Part shown: piece by piece, positions 1-9,919 of the stretch | Layout of the letters: each line of letters starts with the position of its first letter | Numbering within the stretch: the first letter of the stretch is position 1 | NCBI GenBank assembly: GCA_016199525.1 | Contig: JACQGL010000186.1 | Span: forward strand, 6,482-70,481 | Reading direction: 5' to 3' | DNA from: Armatimonadota bacterium | GTDB taxonomy: Bacteria > Armatimonadota > SYMT01 > JACQGL01 | DNA: 64,000 bases | Program-made: the position numbers and the translations under genes | Notes under the pieces: generated by a model | What the model was told of the DNA's origin: nothing | What the model saw: the letters and a program-made list of their open reading frames with translations, nothing else | Databases searched by the model: none

Positions 1-19
1 GCGGAACGAACGTGGCAGA

Positions 20-271
20 CTACCACGGGACGGCGGCGGTGGTGGCAGAGTGGTTAATGGGATAAGCCGCACACACGCGCAGGTTGGCGCGACCCGCACG
101 GGCGGCGGCGACCTCCGCGGCGATGGCCGTCTCATCGTCCCGCACCTGAACCACACGGCGCACGAACACCCCGCGCGCCGTAAGCGCCCGGCACAGCCAG
201 AAGCTATTCACGTCTTGGGTCTGCCCGGACAGGATCTCGTCACCGGCCACGAGGATTTCCGCGACTGGCAT
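20..271 (-). CDS. CinA/MoaB-like molybdopterin-binding (MoCF_biosynth) domain protein; short, possibly truncated
   Basis: N-terminus MPVAEILVAGDEILSGQTQDVNSFWLCRALTARG resembles CinA/MoaB N-termini. AGGAGG lies 6 nt upstream of the ATG at 271. The ORF stops after 83 aa, just before the expected TGGLGPT region, and sits at the window edge. Confidence 0.45.
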   Translation of the reverse strand: MPVAEILVAGDEILSGQTQDVNSFWLCRALTARGVFVRRVVQVRDDETAIAAEVAAARAGRANLRVCAAYPINHSATTAAVPW

Positions 272-290
272 AGCCTACCTCCTGAACATC

Positions 291-322
291 GAAGCCGCCG
301 GCGCCTGCACGCCGGCGGCTTC
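291..322 (-). terminator. Strong GC hairpin downstream of the zinc-ribbon gene (13-bp perfect stem, 6-nt loop)
   Basis: GAAGCCGCCGGCG-cctgca-CGCCGGCGGCTTC read directly. It lies between the stop at 346 and the next minus-strand start at 271. There is no clear U-tract. Confidence 0.4.
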
Positions 323-345
323 TGAGTACCTCGTTCCGAGCCGCG

Positions 346-561
346 TCAAATGTCGTCGGTGAGGTCGCCTACGGTGAGTTCGCCCTGCCGGATGAGCTGT
401 TCGCAGTCGAGGCAGATCTCTGTGTAGCTGGAATAGACGCCCTCCTGGAGGCTGCTTTCCTTAGTCCGGATGGCGCGTCGGAGAAAGACGCGACCGCACC
501 GAGTGCAGGTGGAGTAGTGTTTGCCGCCTTCCGCCTGGAGGCCGGCGATATCTTCTTGCAT
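346..561 (-). CDS. Small zinc-ribbon protein (hypothetical)
   Basis: Internal ATG at 561 gives the 71-aa MQEDIAGLQAEGGKHYSTCTRCGRVF...EICLDCEQLIRQGE with two CxxC pairs. The upstream part of the track ORF is Arg/Pro/Gly-rich and looks like noise. Confidence 0.5.
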   Translation of the reverse strand: MQEDIAGLQAEGGKHYSTCTRCGRVFLRRAIRTKESSLQEGVYSSYTEICLDCEQLIRQGELTVGDLTDDI

Positions 562-773
562 CGTCCCTGCTCCTGTCTCGATTCCGGTACGGGCGAGGCG
601 CCGGTTACTTCTTGGTAAGCGTCGCCCGCCGGCAAGCGCGCCTCCCCATGGAGGCACCGCGGCCGGACCTGGCCTCAGTCTACCTCGCCGGCGGGCCGGC
701 GTGCAACCGCCCGCTACGAGCGAGGTGCGTTTCCTGAAAGCAATACAAGCGCGGAGGGGTGGTTCGCCGCTGC

Positions 774-2108
774 TCAAGCGGCATGACGACGCGCGGCCGA
801 TGGGCTGCCGCCCTCCAGGATCTCCGGCTGGAGGACGATTGTCTGTTCGCGTTGCGGCCCCACGGATACCAAGGCGATGGGCACCCCCGCCAGTTCCGCT
901 ACCCGCTCCAGGTAGTCACGCGCTGCGGCGGGCAGATCCTCCAGCCGGCGGGCGTGGGAGATCAGTTCTTCCCACCCGGGCAGATCTTCGTATACGGCCT
1001 GCACGCGGGCCAGATCCCCGCCGTTCGCGGGCAGATCCGCCGTGCGCTCGCCGTCAATCTCATAGGCGGCGCAAATGCGCAGGCGCGGCAGTCCGGTCAG
1101 CACATCCAGCAGGGTGGCTGCCAGGCAATCCAGCCCGTTGACACGGGCCGCATAGCGCAGGGCAACCGTATCGAGCCAGCCGATCCGCCGTGGACGGCCG
1201 GTGGTCGTGCCGTACTCATGGCCCTGCTCTCGAATGCGGTTGCCCGTCTCGTCCAGGAGTTCGGTCGGAAAGGCACCTTCGCCCACGCGGGTGGTGTACG
1301 ACTTGGTGACGCCGAGGATGGTCTGGAGCGCCTTCGGCCCCACGCCGGTACCCAGGCAGGCGCCGCCCGCCACGGGATGGGAAGAGGTGACGTAGGGATA
1401 GGTGCCGTGGTCCAGGTCCAGCATAGTGCCCTGGGCCCCTTCGAAGACGATCCGCTGCCCGCCGGTACTGGCGGCGTGCAGGAGGGCATCGGTATCCGCC
1501 ACCATGGGGCGGATACGCGCTCCGTAGGCGGTGTATTCCTCCAGAATGGCATCCCGATCCAGCGTGGTGCCGCCGTAGAGCCGCGCGATGAGAAAGTTCT
1601 TATCTGGAAGCACAGCCGTCACACGCGCGCGCAGGCGGTCGGAGTCTACCAGGTCCATCACGCGGATACCGCACCGACGCGCCTTATCCTCGTAGGCGGG
1701 CCCCACGCCCTGCATCGTGGTGCCAATCTTGCCCACGCCCCGACGCAGCTCCTCCAGCCGATCCAGCTCCTTGTGATAGGGAAGCACCACGTGCGCCCGC
1801 TGGCTGATGCGCACGCTGTCTGTGGAGATGCCGTATGAGCGGAGTTCATCCACCTCGCGGAGCAGCACCGCCGGATCGAGGACCACGCCGCCAGAGATCA
1901 CGCACAGCGTGCGAGGATTGAGAATCCCCGAGGGGACGAGGTGCAGCTTCAGCACCAGGTTCCCCACCGTTACCGTATGGCCTGCGTTGCTCCCTCCCCC
2001 GTAGCGCACGACGATATCCGCTCGCTGCGCGAGGAGGTCGACAATCTTGCCCTTCGCCTCGTCGCCCCACTGGGCGCCAACCACCACGATGGCCGCCACG
2101 CTACTCAC
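774..2108 (-). CDS. purA: Adenylosuccinate synthetase
   Basis: VVVGAQWGDEAKGKIVD P-loop signature and GHTV near the N-terminus, with PurA-like sequence along the full length. GTG at 2108 with GAGAAAGG immediately upstream is the preferred start; the track ATG is at 2162. Confidence 0.93.
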   Translation of the reverse strand: MSSVAAIVVVGAQWGDEAKGKIVDLLAQRADIVVRYGGGSNAGHTVTVGNLVLKLHLVPSGILNPRTLCVISGGVVLDPAVLLREVDELRSYGISTDSVRISQRAHVVLPYHKELDRLEELRRGVGKIGTTMQGVGPAYEDKARRCGIRVMDLVDSDRLRARVTAVLPDKNFLIARLYGGTTLDRDAILEEYTAYGARIRPMVADTDALLHAASTGGQRIVFEGAQGTMLDLDHGTYPYVTSSHPVAGGACLGTGVGPKALQTILGVTKSYTTRVGEGAFPTELLDETGNRIREQGHEYGTTTGRPRRIGWLDTVALRYAARVNGLDCLAATLLDVLTGLPRLRICAAYEIDGERTADLPANGGDLARVQAVYEDLPGWEELISHARRLEDLPAAARDYLERVAELAGVPIALVSVGPQREQTIVLQPEILEGGSPSAARRHAA

Positions 2109-2170
2109 CCTTTCTCGGCAGCGCCAAAACCAAAGGATGGATAGCCACCGGGCGCTACCCATCCGGGCGA

Positions 2171-2199
2171 AGTATAACCTAAAGGGTACGGCCTGTCAA
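2171..2199 (-). promoter_or_regulatory. Sigma-70-type promoter TTGACA-17-TATACT upstream of purA
   Basis: On the minus strand, TTGACA is at 2199-2194, the spacer is 17 nt, and TATACT is at 2176-2171. This is about 60 nt upstream of the purA start. Confidence 0.6.
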
Positions 2200-2283
2200 C
2201 GCACCCGCTGCCTCAGCAGTCCCCACTTCAGCCGCGAACCGGCGCCGCCATTTTAGCCTGAAAGTGGGGGCTGCTGCGACCTG

Positions 2284-2301
2284 CCCCGAAAGCGTTCGGG
2301 G
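2284..2301. repeat. Copy 1 of recurrent hairpin CCCCGAAAGCGTTCGGGG (flanked by CCTG...CCTGC)
   Basis: Read directly; 7-bp stem and 4-nt loop. Near-identical copies are at 11351, 49743 and 54139. Confidence 0.7.
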
Positions 2302-2407
2302 CCTGCTACCGCTGGTAACGAATGTGGCCGCCCGCGCAAGTATTAACGCGACCGTGCGGCAATCGGAGCTACCCGAGGATGGTTTCCGCCGGTACGCCGG
2401 GGTTATA

Positions 2408-3406
2408 CTACGCTGGTTCACTGGGAAAGCCGCGGGGGTGCCGCCGCCGCCATTCCCACGCGGACGCGATGATCTGGCGGAGATCCGGAAAGCGGGGGGT
2501 CCATCCCAGCTCCCGCCGTGCCTTTTCGGCGGCAGCCACCAGCCACAGGGGATCTCCGGGGCGCCGCGGGGCCACCTGCGCGGGAACGGGGTGGCCGGTC
2601 ACGGCGCGGGCCGTCTCCACTACCTGGAGCACAGAGAAGCCCTGGCCATTTCCCAGGTTGTAGACCTCGCGCTCGGCGCCGCGCTCCAGCGCCTGCAGGG
2701 CGAGCACGTGCGCGTCGGCCAGGTCGCACACATGGATGTAATCGCGGATGCAGGTCCCGTCCGGGGTAGGGTAATCGTTCCCCAGGATGTCGACGTGGTC
2801 CCGCTGGCCCAGTGCCACCTCCAGGAGGATGGGGATCAGATGCGTCTCGGGGTGATGGTCCTCCCCCAGATCGTCATCCGGCGAGGCGCCCGCGGCGTTG
2901 AAGTAGCGCAGGCTGATGGAGCGCAGTCCGTAGGCCTGGTGGAAATCATCCAGGATCTGCCCCACCATCAGCTTGGTGCGCCCGTAGGGGTTGGTCGGCC
3001 GCGTGGGCGCCGTTTCCGGGATCGGAACCTCTTCCGGATCCCCATAGACGGCGGCGGACGAGGAGAACACGCACTGCCGCACCCCGGCGCGCACCATCGC
3101 CTCCAGGAGGGAGAGCGTCCCGCAGACGTTGTTCCGGTAGTACTTGCCGGGATCCTGGACGGATTCGCCCGCCTCGATGAAGGCGGCGAAGTGGAGGACC
3201 GCCTGGATCGGAAACTCGGCGAACACGCGCTCCAGCCGCTCGCGGTCCGATAGCTCGCCCACCACCACGCGGTAATCGGCCACGGCAGCGGGGTGGCCCT
3301 TGAGGAACGCGTCATAGACCACCGCTTCGTAGCCCGCGCGGGTGAGCGCGCGCAGCGTGTGGCTGCCGATATAGCCGGCGCCGCCGGTGACCAGCACGGT
3401 AGGCAT
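2408..3406 (-). CDS. galE: UDP-glucose 4-epimerase
   Basis: MPTVLVTGGAGYIGSHT Rossmann motif, YGRTK (YxxxK) active site, and GalE-like sequence throughout. ATG at 3406 has AAAGGAG upstream. Confidence 0.9.
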   Translation of the reverse strand: MPTVLVTGGAGYIGSHTLRALTRAGYEAVVYDAFLKGHPAAVADYRVVVGELSDRERLERVFAEFPIQAVLHFAAFIEAGESVQDPGKYYRNNVCGTLSLLEAMVRAGVRQCVFSSSAAVYGDPEEVPIPETAPTRPTNPYGRTKLMVGQILDDFHQAYGLRSISLRYFNAAGASPDDDLGEDHHPETHLIPILLEVALGQRDHVDILGNDYPTPDGTCIRDYIHVCDLADAHVLALQALERGAEREVYNLGNGQGFSVLQVVETARAVTGHPVPAQVAPRRPGDPLWLVAAAEKARRELGWTPRFPDLRQIIASAWEWRRRHPRGFPSEPA

Positions 3407-3642
3407 AAGGGTGCGGGCTCCTTTCAGGGGCATCCAGCCGGGGAGCGGGCCCTGCAGATAGTATGGCCCGCCCGAGGAGAGGGATAAACGTGCCTTGCTT
3501 CTGGCGAAATGAAGCGGCCCTGAAAGCTTTCCTGGTTGCCTGCTTCTTACTCCTACTCAAATGGTTCCTTACCACGGAGATAAGAGCAGGAGTCGGAACG
3601 CGGTAGGCAGGCGGTGGTGCTGCGCCTTCCGTACCGCTTCAG

Positions 3643-4575
3643 TTACAAATGCACCCTCCGCACCCGCACCCGCTCCCGGTGGCCGGGGACGGCGGCCGGG
3701 TCCAGGTCTCCCGTGGCCGGGTGCTCTACTGCCGCCGCAGCGAGGGCGATGGCCTCGCGCAGAATCCTGGCGGGCCGCCAGCCCCGCGCCAGACCCAGGG
3801 CAAGGGCCGCGGCCATCGCGTCTCCGGCGCCCGCGGGGTTGCGCGCCGCCACCGAAAGCGCGGGCGCCCGCCACGCTCCGGCGCGGGTGACGAGCACGGC
3901 CCCACCACGGCCCAGAGAGGCGAGCACCATCCCCGCTCCCTTTTCTACCAGCGCTGCGGCCTCCTGCGCCGCCTCCTGCGCCCTCCGGATCGGTCGCCCA
4001 ACCGCCTGTGCCAGCTCATCGCGGTTCGGCTTAATCGCCTCCGGCCGGACGCACAGCGCCGCGTGCAGTGCGGCGCCCGCCGCGTCCACCACCAGCGGCT
4101 TTCCCGCGCCCCGTGCCGCCCGCACCACCGCCTCGTATTCAGCCAGGGACCACCCTGCGGGTGGGCTGCCAGCCACGACGATGGCTTCCGCCTCTGCCGC
4201 GTGCCCTCGCAGTCGCTCGATCAGCCGCCCCGCGTCCGCGGGGGTCGGCAGCAAGCCTTCAGCACACACCGTCGTGTGGCGACCGTTGTCCTCCAGGAGG
4301 ACCAGGTTAACGCGCGTCTCCCCTGCGGTCCACACGAAGTCAGTATCCGCCCCCGCGGCGCGCAGCAGAGCCTCCATCCGCCGGCCCGCGTCCCCGCCCG
4401 CCAAGCCGGTGGCCAGAGTGGCAGTCCCCAGCCGGGCCAGAACCAGCGAGACACAGCAGCCTTTCCCGCCCATGGCTTCCAGGGAGGCGGTGGCCTGATT
4501 CCGCCCACCTATCCGCAGCCGAGGGAGAAAGAGGACGCGATCCAGGGCGGTATTCGGAGTCACGGTAAGGATCAT
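3643..4575 (-). CDS. PfkB-family sugar kinase (1-phosphofructokinase/tagatose-6-P kinase-like)
   Basis: MILTVTPNTALDR...GGKG N-terminus and C-terminal GAGDA motif are typical of the FruK/LacC branch of the PfkB family. Confidence 0.85.
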   Translation of the reverse strand: MILTVTPNTALDRVLFLPRLRIGGRNQATASLEAMGGKGCCVSLVLARLGTATLATGLAGGDAGRRMEALLRAAGADTDFVWTAGETRVNLVLLEDNGRHTTVCAEGLLPTPADAGRLIERLRGHAAEAEAIVVAGSPPAGWSLAEYEAVVRAARGAGKPLVVDAAGAALHAALCVRPEAIKPNRDELAQAVGRPIRRAQEAAQEAAALVEKGAGMVLASLGRGGAVLVTRAGAWRAPALSVAARNPAGAGDAMAAALALGLARGWRPARILREAIALAAAAVEHPATGDLDPAAVPGHRERVRVRRVHL

Positions 4576-4697
4576 GGTGATCGGCGGGGAGTCTGCGTGT
4601 CTGGGAGTATTGCGGTGTGCGGCGGTGGGACCGGAAGAATAGGCGCGTGAGAGATCGCACCCATTCCTCCGTTCATCTGCTCCCCGGCTATTGTTGC

Positions 4698-5294
4698 CTA
4701 CCCCACTCGCAGGAGGCGTGCCATCAGCGCCATATAAGCGGCGCGGTCGATCCGTTCCAGGCCGTCATAGGCGGCATTCAGATCTTTTCCCACCACGAAG
4801 ATCCCGTGGCGAGGAACCAGAATGGCGATCGCGTGCTGCGGGATCTGGTCCGCCTGGGGACGCAGCCCTTCGACCACGTAGTGAGCCAGCTCGTGCGAGT
4901 GGGCGGGCGCGTGCTGGCAGAACCCGATGGGGCCGAACTTGTCTGTCTGTTCGCTGCTTGGCGGAATCGGCACCCCCGCAGAAACGAACACCATCACGTT
5001 CAGAGGATGGGCGTGGAACACGCAGCCTGCTTCCGGGAAGGCCCGGTAGCAGGCCAGGTGAGCCGCCGTCTCCCGGGAAAGATCACCGTGCCCGCCCAGG
5101 CGGTTCCCTTCCAGGTCGCAAACCAGGAAGTCATCGCCGGTGAGTTCCCACTGCTGGCGGGCGCCTGCGTACCTGCGGCTCAGGTAGACGCAGTCGTCCG
5201 CGCGCACGGAGAGGTTGCCGCCCGCGCTGTCCAGCAGCCGGCGCTCGTAGGCCAGGCGGCAGATGCGGGCCATTTCGGATCGAGGGTCATGCAT
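4698..5294 (-). CDS. Class II aldolase/adducin-family protein
   Basis: SAGGNLSVR and HAHP motifs are typical of fuculose-phosphate-aldolase-like class II aldolases. The start is taken at the internal ATG at 5294 (MHDPRSEMARI...). Confidence 0.8.
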   Translation of the reverse strand: MHDPRSEMARICRLAYERRLLDSAGGNLSVRADDCVYLSRRYAGARQQWELTGDDFLVCDLEGNRLGGHGDLSRETAAHLACYRAFPEAGCVFHAHPLNVMVFVSAGVPIPPSSEQTDKFGPIGFCQHAPAHSHELAHYVVEGLRPQADQIPQHAIAILVPRHGIFVVGKDLNAAYDGLERIDRAAYMALMARLLRVG

Positions 5295-5441
5295 GGTTGT
5301 GTAGGAGATTTCACGGTAAGCGCCAATGGATGGCACGTGGGCGCGTTGACACGTTAGCACGTTGATATGTTGCCACATTGATGGGTTGGAACGTCCTAAC
5401 CTTTCAACGGGCCAACATGCCAATGTGCGCACCGTGCGCGG

Positions 5442-7112
5442 CTACTCCAGCCGCGTGAACCGGTTCGGAATGAGCGAGTCCGGCTGCTGGCCCTGCGTGT
5501 AGCCCAGGTAGCGGATGGCTTCCTCGTGGTGCGGGTCCAGGGCGAGCACCTTGCGGAACTGGAACGCCGCTTCGGGAAAGCGCTGGGCGCGGTAATACTG
5601 AATACCAATCGCTAGACAACGTTCGATCTCCGCGGCGTGCAGGCGAGCTTCGATGTCGGAGTCGGGGCTGATTGCCAGCGCGCGCTGCCAGGTATCGATG
5701 GCGGCGTCCAGCTCGCCCGACTGCCGTAGGGCATCCCCGCGCGCCATCAGCTGCCGCCCCTGGAGGCGTTGTACCGCCGCGAGCTGCTGCCGTGCCTCCT
5801 GGTTAGTGGGCTCCAGGCTCAGGAGCGTGTGCCAGGCGTCCAGGGCGGCCTGGGCGTCCCCGGCGGCAGCACGCTCGCCTGCCGTGCTGCGCCAGTGGGC
5901 CACCGCCTGCGCGTGTACGGCGCGCCGCTGCCGGAACAGCTCCTCATCCAGGGGCGCGGTCTGCTGGGCGTGCGTCAGGCAGGCCAGCGCCTCGGCGTAC
6001 TGGCCTTCACGCGCGTGATCCTCCGCGTGGGTGCGCAGTTCCGCCACACGACGCGCCTCCACCTCGCTCAACTGGCGGCAGGCGTCCAGGTGAGCGGAAT
6101 CGAGCGCCAGCGCGTGCAGCAGATGCTGCCGCGCCGCTTCCAGGTCGCCCGCCGCTACCGCCTCGCGAGCCGCCTCCACGGGGCCCTCGGCAGCGGGGGC
6201 GCCTTGAGCGCTGAAGTCGACGGCGAACGTGAGCAGGTTGCCATCGGCGAGGCTAACCGCGAGGAAGCGCCCGTTCGGGGAGAGGGCCACTCCCGTCGGT
6301 CGCCCTGGCAGGTCGAACTCCCAGACCAGGGTGCCGTCGGCGGAGAAGCAGGCCAGCAGGCCGATCACCTGATCTCCCGCCGCCGCGGCCACCCAGCGCA
6401 CTTGTTCATCCAGGGCCACGCCCAGAACCGGGTAGCCGGGCGCAGCGCGCCAGCGCAGTGCGCCCTCTGCATCGGTCAGGAAGACGCTGCCCCCCTGCGT
6501 GCCCACAGCGCAGACCGGCTCGTCTAGCGCCAGCGCCAGCGCCGTCACAGGCTCCGCCTGAAGGTATTCCCAGATCGGCAGACGGACGCGATCCAGCAGC
6601 AGAATCGTCCCGTCCTCGCGCCCCGCGGCGATTCGCTCCCCGTCCGCGCTGATCGCCGCACGGTTGATCGGCGCGGGCATATCCTTCGTCCAGACCAGTC
6701 GGCCGTTGGGATCGACCAGCGCCAGCGTGTGCGAGGCGAACATCATGTCCGAGAACGCGCAGGCGAAGGCGCCTGAAGGGGACAGGTCCGCATCCGCGTA
6801 GGTGACGCGGCGCTCGGGTGCAAAGCGCGTCTTTCGCCCCTGGCGGAATATGTAAAGATCGTCCTCGGTCAATCCCAGAAGCACGCTGGCGTCCGCGGTC
6901 ACGCAGAAGCGCCGCACGGTTTCCACAGACACGGCGGCCAGTTCCCGTGCCTCCCCGTCGGCGCTGATGGCGAGCACCTGGTAGGTCCGTGCCTCCAGCG
7001 CGTCCGGGCGGACGGCGATGAGCTGGCCCTCGTTCGACAGGCTGCCCGTGGCGAGCGGCAGCACGCCGCGGTAGCGGCGTTGCCAGAGCAGGTTGACCGC
7101 TTGCAGGTTCAT
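5442..7112 (-). CDS. Beta-propeller (PQQ/WD40-like) plus C-terminal TPR-repeat protein
   Basis: The N-terminal 300 aa carry repeated SADG/SPNG...L..DG strand patterns. The C-terminal 230 aa carry TPR-like A..Y/A..A..L periodicity. No enzymatic motif was recognised. Confidence 0.65.
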   Translation of the reverse strand: MNLQAVNLLWQRRYRGVLPLATGSLSNEGQLIAVRPDALEARTYQVLAISADGEARELAAVSVETVRRFCVTADASVLLGLTEDDLYIFRQGRKTRFAPERRVTYADADLSPSGAFACAFSDMMFASHTLALVDPNGRLVWTKDMPAPINRAAISADGERIAAGREDGTILLLDRVRLPIWEYLQAEPVTALALALDEPVCAVGTQGGSVFLTDAEGALRWRAAPGYPVLGVALDEQVRWVAAAAGDQVIGLLACFSADGTLVWEFDLPGRPTGVALSPNGRFLAVSLADGNLLTFAVDFSAQGAPAAEGPVEAAREAVAAGDLEAARQHLLHALALDSAHLDACRQLSEVEARRVAELRTHAEDHAREGQYAEALACLTHAQQTAPLDEELFRQRRAVHAQAVAHWRSTAGERAAAGDAQAALDAWHTLLSLEPTNQEARQQLAAVQRLQGRQLMARGDALRQSGELDAAIDTWQRALAISPDSDIEARLHAAEIERCLAIGIQYYRAQRFPEAAFQFRKVLALDPHHEEAIRYLGYTQGQQPDSLIPNRFTRLE

Positions 7113-7171
7113 CTGGATTAGGTTACCAGGTTGGCCGGCTCATACGTTGGCAGCGTCAATGTTTCGACGTG

Positions 7172-9919
7172 CTAAGGTTTCAACGGTCGCGGCGGCCCCA
7201 CCACTACCAGCGCATAATTCACGGGATCGAGGTGGGCGCGGGCGGCGCGAAGCACCTCCGCGCGCGTTACGGCGCGGACCAGCCTCGGGTAGCGCTGTCG
7301 GTAGTTGATCCCCAGGTTATAGAGGTCCACCCCCAGCAGGTAGCTGGCCAGCTGATCGTTCGTCTGGAACTCGAACACGTAGCTGCTGACCAGGTAGTTC
7401 ACCGCCTCGCGCAGTTCGGTCTCCGATACCAGCTCCTGGCGGATACGACGAATCTCCTTCAACAGCGCCGCGATGGCGCGCTGTTCGTTGCGCGGTGCCG
7501 TGCCCATCATCGCCAGGAACACGCCGGGTTCCAGGCCCGCGCTGGAGGTGATGCTGGCTCCTACCACATAGGCGAGGCCCTGCACATCGCGGATCTGCTG
7601 CGGGATGCGCGCCGTAAATCCGCCCGCCACCCCCTCGCCCAGGATGGTATCCATTACCAGCAACGGGAAGTAATCCGGGTCCTGCCGCCGGATGCCAAGG
7701 TGTCCGAGGGCAATCTGCGTCTGCACGGTCTCCCGTTCGATCCGGCGGGTACGGACTCCCTGCCAGCGCGGGGGAGGCGGCACCGGGGGGCTGCTGGAGG
7801 GCTCCCGGGACTCCCAATCGCCGAACAGAGCGCGCAGCCGCGCGAGCAGCGCCTGGGTCTGGAAGTCCCCCACCGCCACCAGCGTAGTGTGCTGCGGGCG
7901 GAAGTACTCGGTGTGGAAGCGCGCCAGGTCCTCGCGGCGCAGCCCGCGCACCGTCGCCTCGCTCCCCAGAATGGGGCGACCGTTGGGATGCGATCCATAG
8001 ACCAGCGCGAAGAACGCCTGGTGGGCGACGGTGCCCGGGTCCTCATCGGCGGCGCGAATATCGGTGAGGATACGGCCGCGCTCGAGCTCCAGACGATCCT
8101 CTGGAAACGCGGGCCGGCGCAGTAAGTCGGTGTACAGCGGGAGCAGGTCGGGCAGGGCGCTGGTGAGCGTCTTCAGGGTGATGGTGGTGGTGGCGCGACC
8201 GGCGGTGGCGCTGAACTGGGCGCCCGCGAATTCGAGTGCCTCGCTGATCTCCGCCTCCGTCCGCTCGCTCGCCCCCTCTGCCAGCATGCGCGCCACGAAG
8301 TTCGCCAGACCCGCCTGCGCGGCGGGCTCCTCACGACTTCCGACGCGCACCTGCGCCGCGAGCGTGACCGACGGCAGGGCGTGGTTTTCCAGGAGCATGA
8401 GCTTCAGCCCGTTGGGCAGCCGCTCGACCGTCACCGGCAGAGGCGCGAACCGTGGTGCGGGTCCGCCAGCCGGGCGCGGACGGTGCGTGGGGGTGAGTTG
8501 CTCGCGAAGGAGCGGAGCGCCGTCCGCTGCCGAAGCCACCCGGCGCCCGGCTGGGGCAGGCCAGACGGCCTTTTTCCCTCCGAGCGTGGATGCAGTCGGA
8601 TGCACCTGCGGTACCAGCACCCCCACGTTCGCCCCCGTCCGGATCAGGGTGCGTGCCGCGGCGGCTCGGACCTCCTCGGCGGTAACACGCCCTACGGCGG
8701 CGGCGTAGTTCTGCAGCAGGCGGAGGCCCCCTATGGTCGCCGCCTCCCCCACCAGCGTGGCCAGGCCGGACGCAGTTTCTTGCTCCCGTACGAAGTCCGC
8801 CAGCAGCTGGTTCTTGGCGCGCTGCAGCTCGCGGTCGGATACCGGCTCGCGTGTCAGGCGCCCCAGCTCGTCCCACAGCGCTGCCTCTGCTGCGTCGGGG
8901 TCCGCCCCCGCTTTCAGGTTGAAGTCGACCCCGAAGATGCCAGGATCTCGCGCCGCCGGGTAGAACGCGTCCGCGTCCGCGGCCAGGCTCTCGCGCTCCA
9001 CCAGGCGCTGATACAGGCGGGATCGCTTCCCCTCACCCAGCACCGCGGCCAGTACCTCCGCCGCGTAGAACTGCGGGTCGGCCCGCCGTGGCGCGTGGAA
9101 CAGAGCGATCACGCGGGGCACGTTCGCGGGGATCTCCAGCCGCAGTCGCCGCATGGCAGGCTGCCGTGGCTCCACCACCGCCCTCCGCTGCGGCGCCGGC
9201 AGCCGCGGCAGCTTTGCAAACGCCCGGCGTGCCGCCCTGAACGCCTCCGCAGGCTTCACATCGCCCGTGATCACCAGGATGGCGTTGGCGGGGACATAGA
9301 AGCGATCGTAGAACTCTTTCACCTGCTGGATGCGGAGCCGGCGTATATCCTCCATCCACCCGATCACCGGGTTGCGGTAGGGATGGGAGACAAAGGTCAG
9401 GGCGTTGACCTGCTCGTAGAGTCGGCTTTCAGGGTCGTCCTCCTGAAGGCGCCGCTCTTCCATCACCACACGGCGCTCCGCCTCGAATTCCCGCGGATCG
9501 AAGACGGTGTGGCGCATCCGGTCCGCTTCGATCTCCAGAGCCACCTGCCACCGGTCCCGCGGGAAGCTGAACTGGTAGGCGGTATAGTCAGTGTAAGTGA
9601 ACGCGTTGTTGGCGCCGCCATTCTGGTAGGTAATCCGGTCAATGTCGCCCTTCCGGAGCCGACGGGTGCCTTTGAACATCAGGTGCTCCAGGAAGTGAGC
9701 GATGCCAGTGGCCCCAGGGAGTTCGTCCCGCGATCCCACCTTATACCAGAGCATGGTGGTGACCACAGGGGCGGTGTGCCGCTCCTGTACCAGCACCGTC
9801 AGGCCGTTGGGCAGGCAGCAGCGGTGGACGGCGGGCGTCGCAGGCGCCGGCTGCGCCGGTCCCGTGGCGAGCGCGACAAAGGCAAAGAGTAGTAGAGCGA
9901 GCGATGCGCGCCGTAGCAT
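7172..9919 (-). CDS. Secreted M16 (pitrilysin/insulinase) family zinc peptidase, two tandem M16 modules
   Basis: HFLEHLMFKGT inverted zinc motif (HxxEH) in the first module, and a second M16-like half from about residue 480. The start is set at ATG 9919, giving the signal-like MLRRASLALLLFAFVALATGPAQP. Confidence 0.88.
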   Translation of the reverse strand: MLRRASLALLLFAFVALATGPAQPAPATPAVHRCCLPNGLTVLVQERHTAPVVTTMLWYKVGSRDELPGATGIAHFLEHLMFKGTRRLRKGDIDRITYQNGGANNAFTYTDYTAYQFSFPRDRWQVALEIEADRMRHTVFDPREFEAERRVVMEERRLQEDDPESRLYEQVNALTFVSHPYRNPVIGWMEDIRRLRIQQVKEFYDRFYVPANAILVITGDVKPAEAFRAARRAFAKLPRLPAPQRRAVVEPRQPAMRRLRLEIPANVPRVIALFHAPRRADPQFYAAEVLAAVLGEGKRSRLYQRLVERESLAADADAFYPAARDPGIFGVDFNLKAGADPDAAEAALWDELGRLTREPVSDRELQRAKNQLLADFVREQETASGLATLVGEAATIGGLRLLQNYAAAVGRVTAEEVRAAAARTLIRTGANVGVLVPQVHPTASTLGGKKAVWPAPAGRRVASAADGAPLLREQLTPTHRPRPAGGPAPRFAPLPVTVERLPNGLKLMLLENHALPSVTLAAQVRVGSREEPAAQAGLANFVARMLAEGASERTEAEISEALEFAGAQFSATAGRATTTITLKTLTSALPDLLPLYTDLLRRPAFPEDRLELERGRILTDIRAADEDPGTVAHQAFFALVYGSHPNGRPILGSEATVRGLRREDLARFHTEYFRPQHTTLVAVGDFQTQALLARLRALFGDWESREPSSSPPVPPPPRWQGVRTRRIERETVQTQIALGHLGIRRQDPDYFPLLVMDTILGEGVAGGFTARIPQQIRDVQGLAYVVGASITSSAGLEPGVFLAMMGTAPRNEQRAIAALLKEIRRIRQELVSETELREAVNYLVSSYVFEFQTNDQLASYLLGVDLYNLGINYRQRYPRLVRAVTRAEVLRAARAHLDPVNYALVVVGPPRPLKP

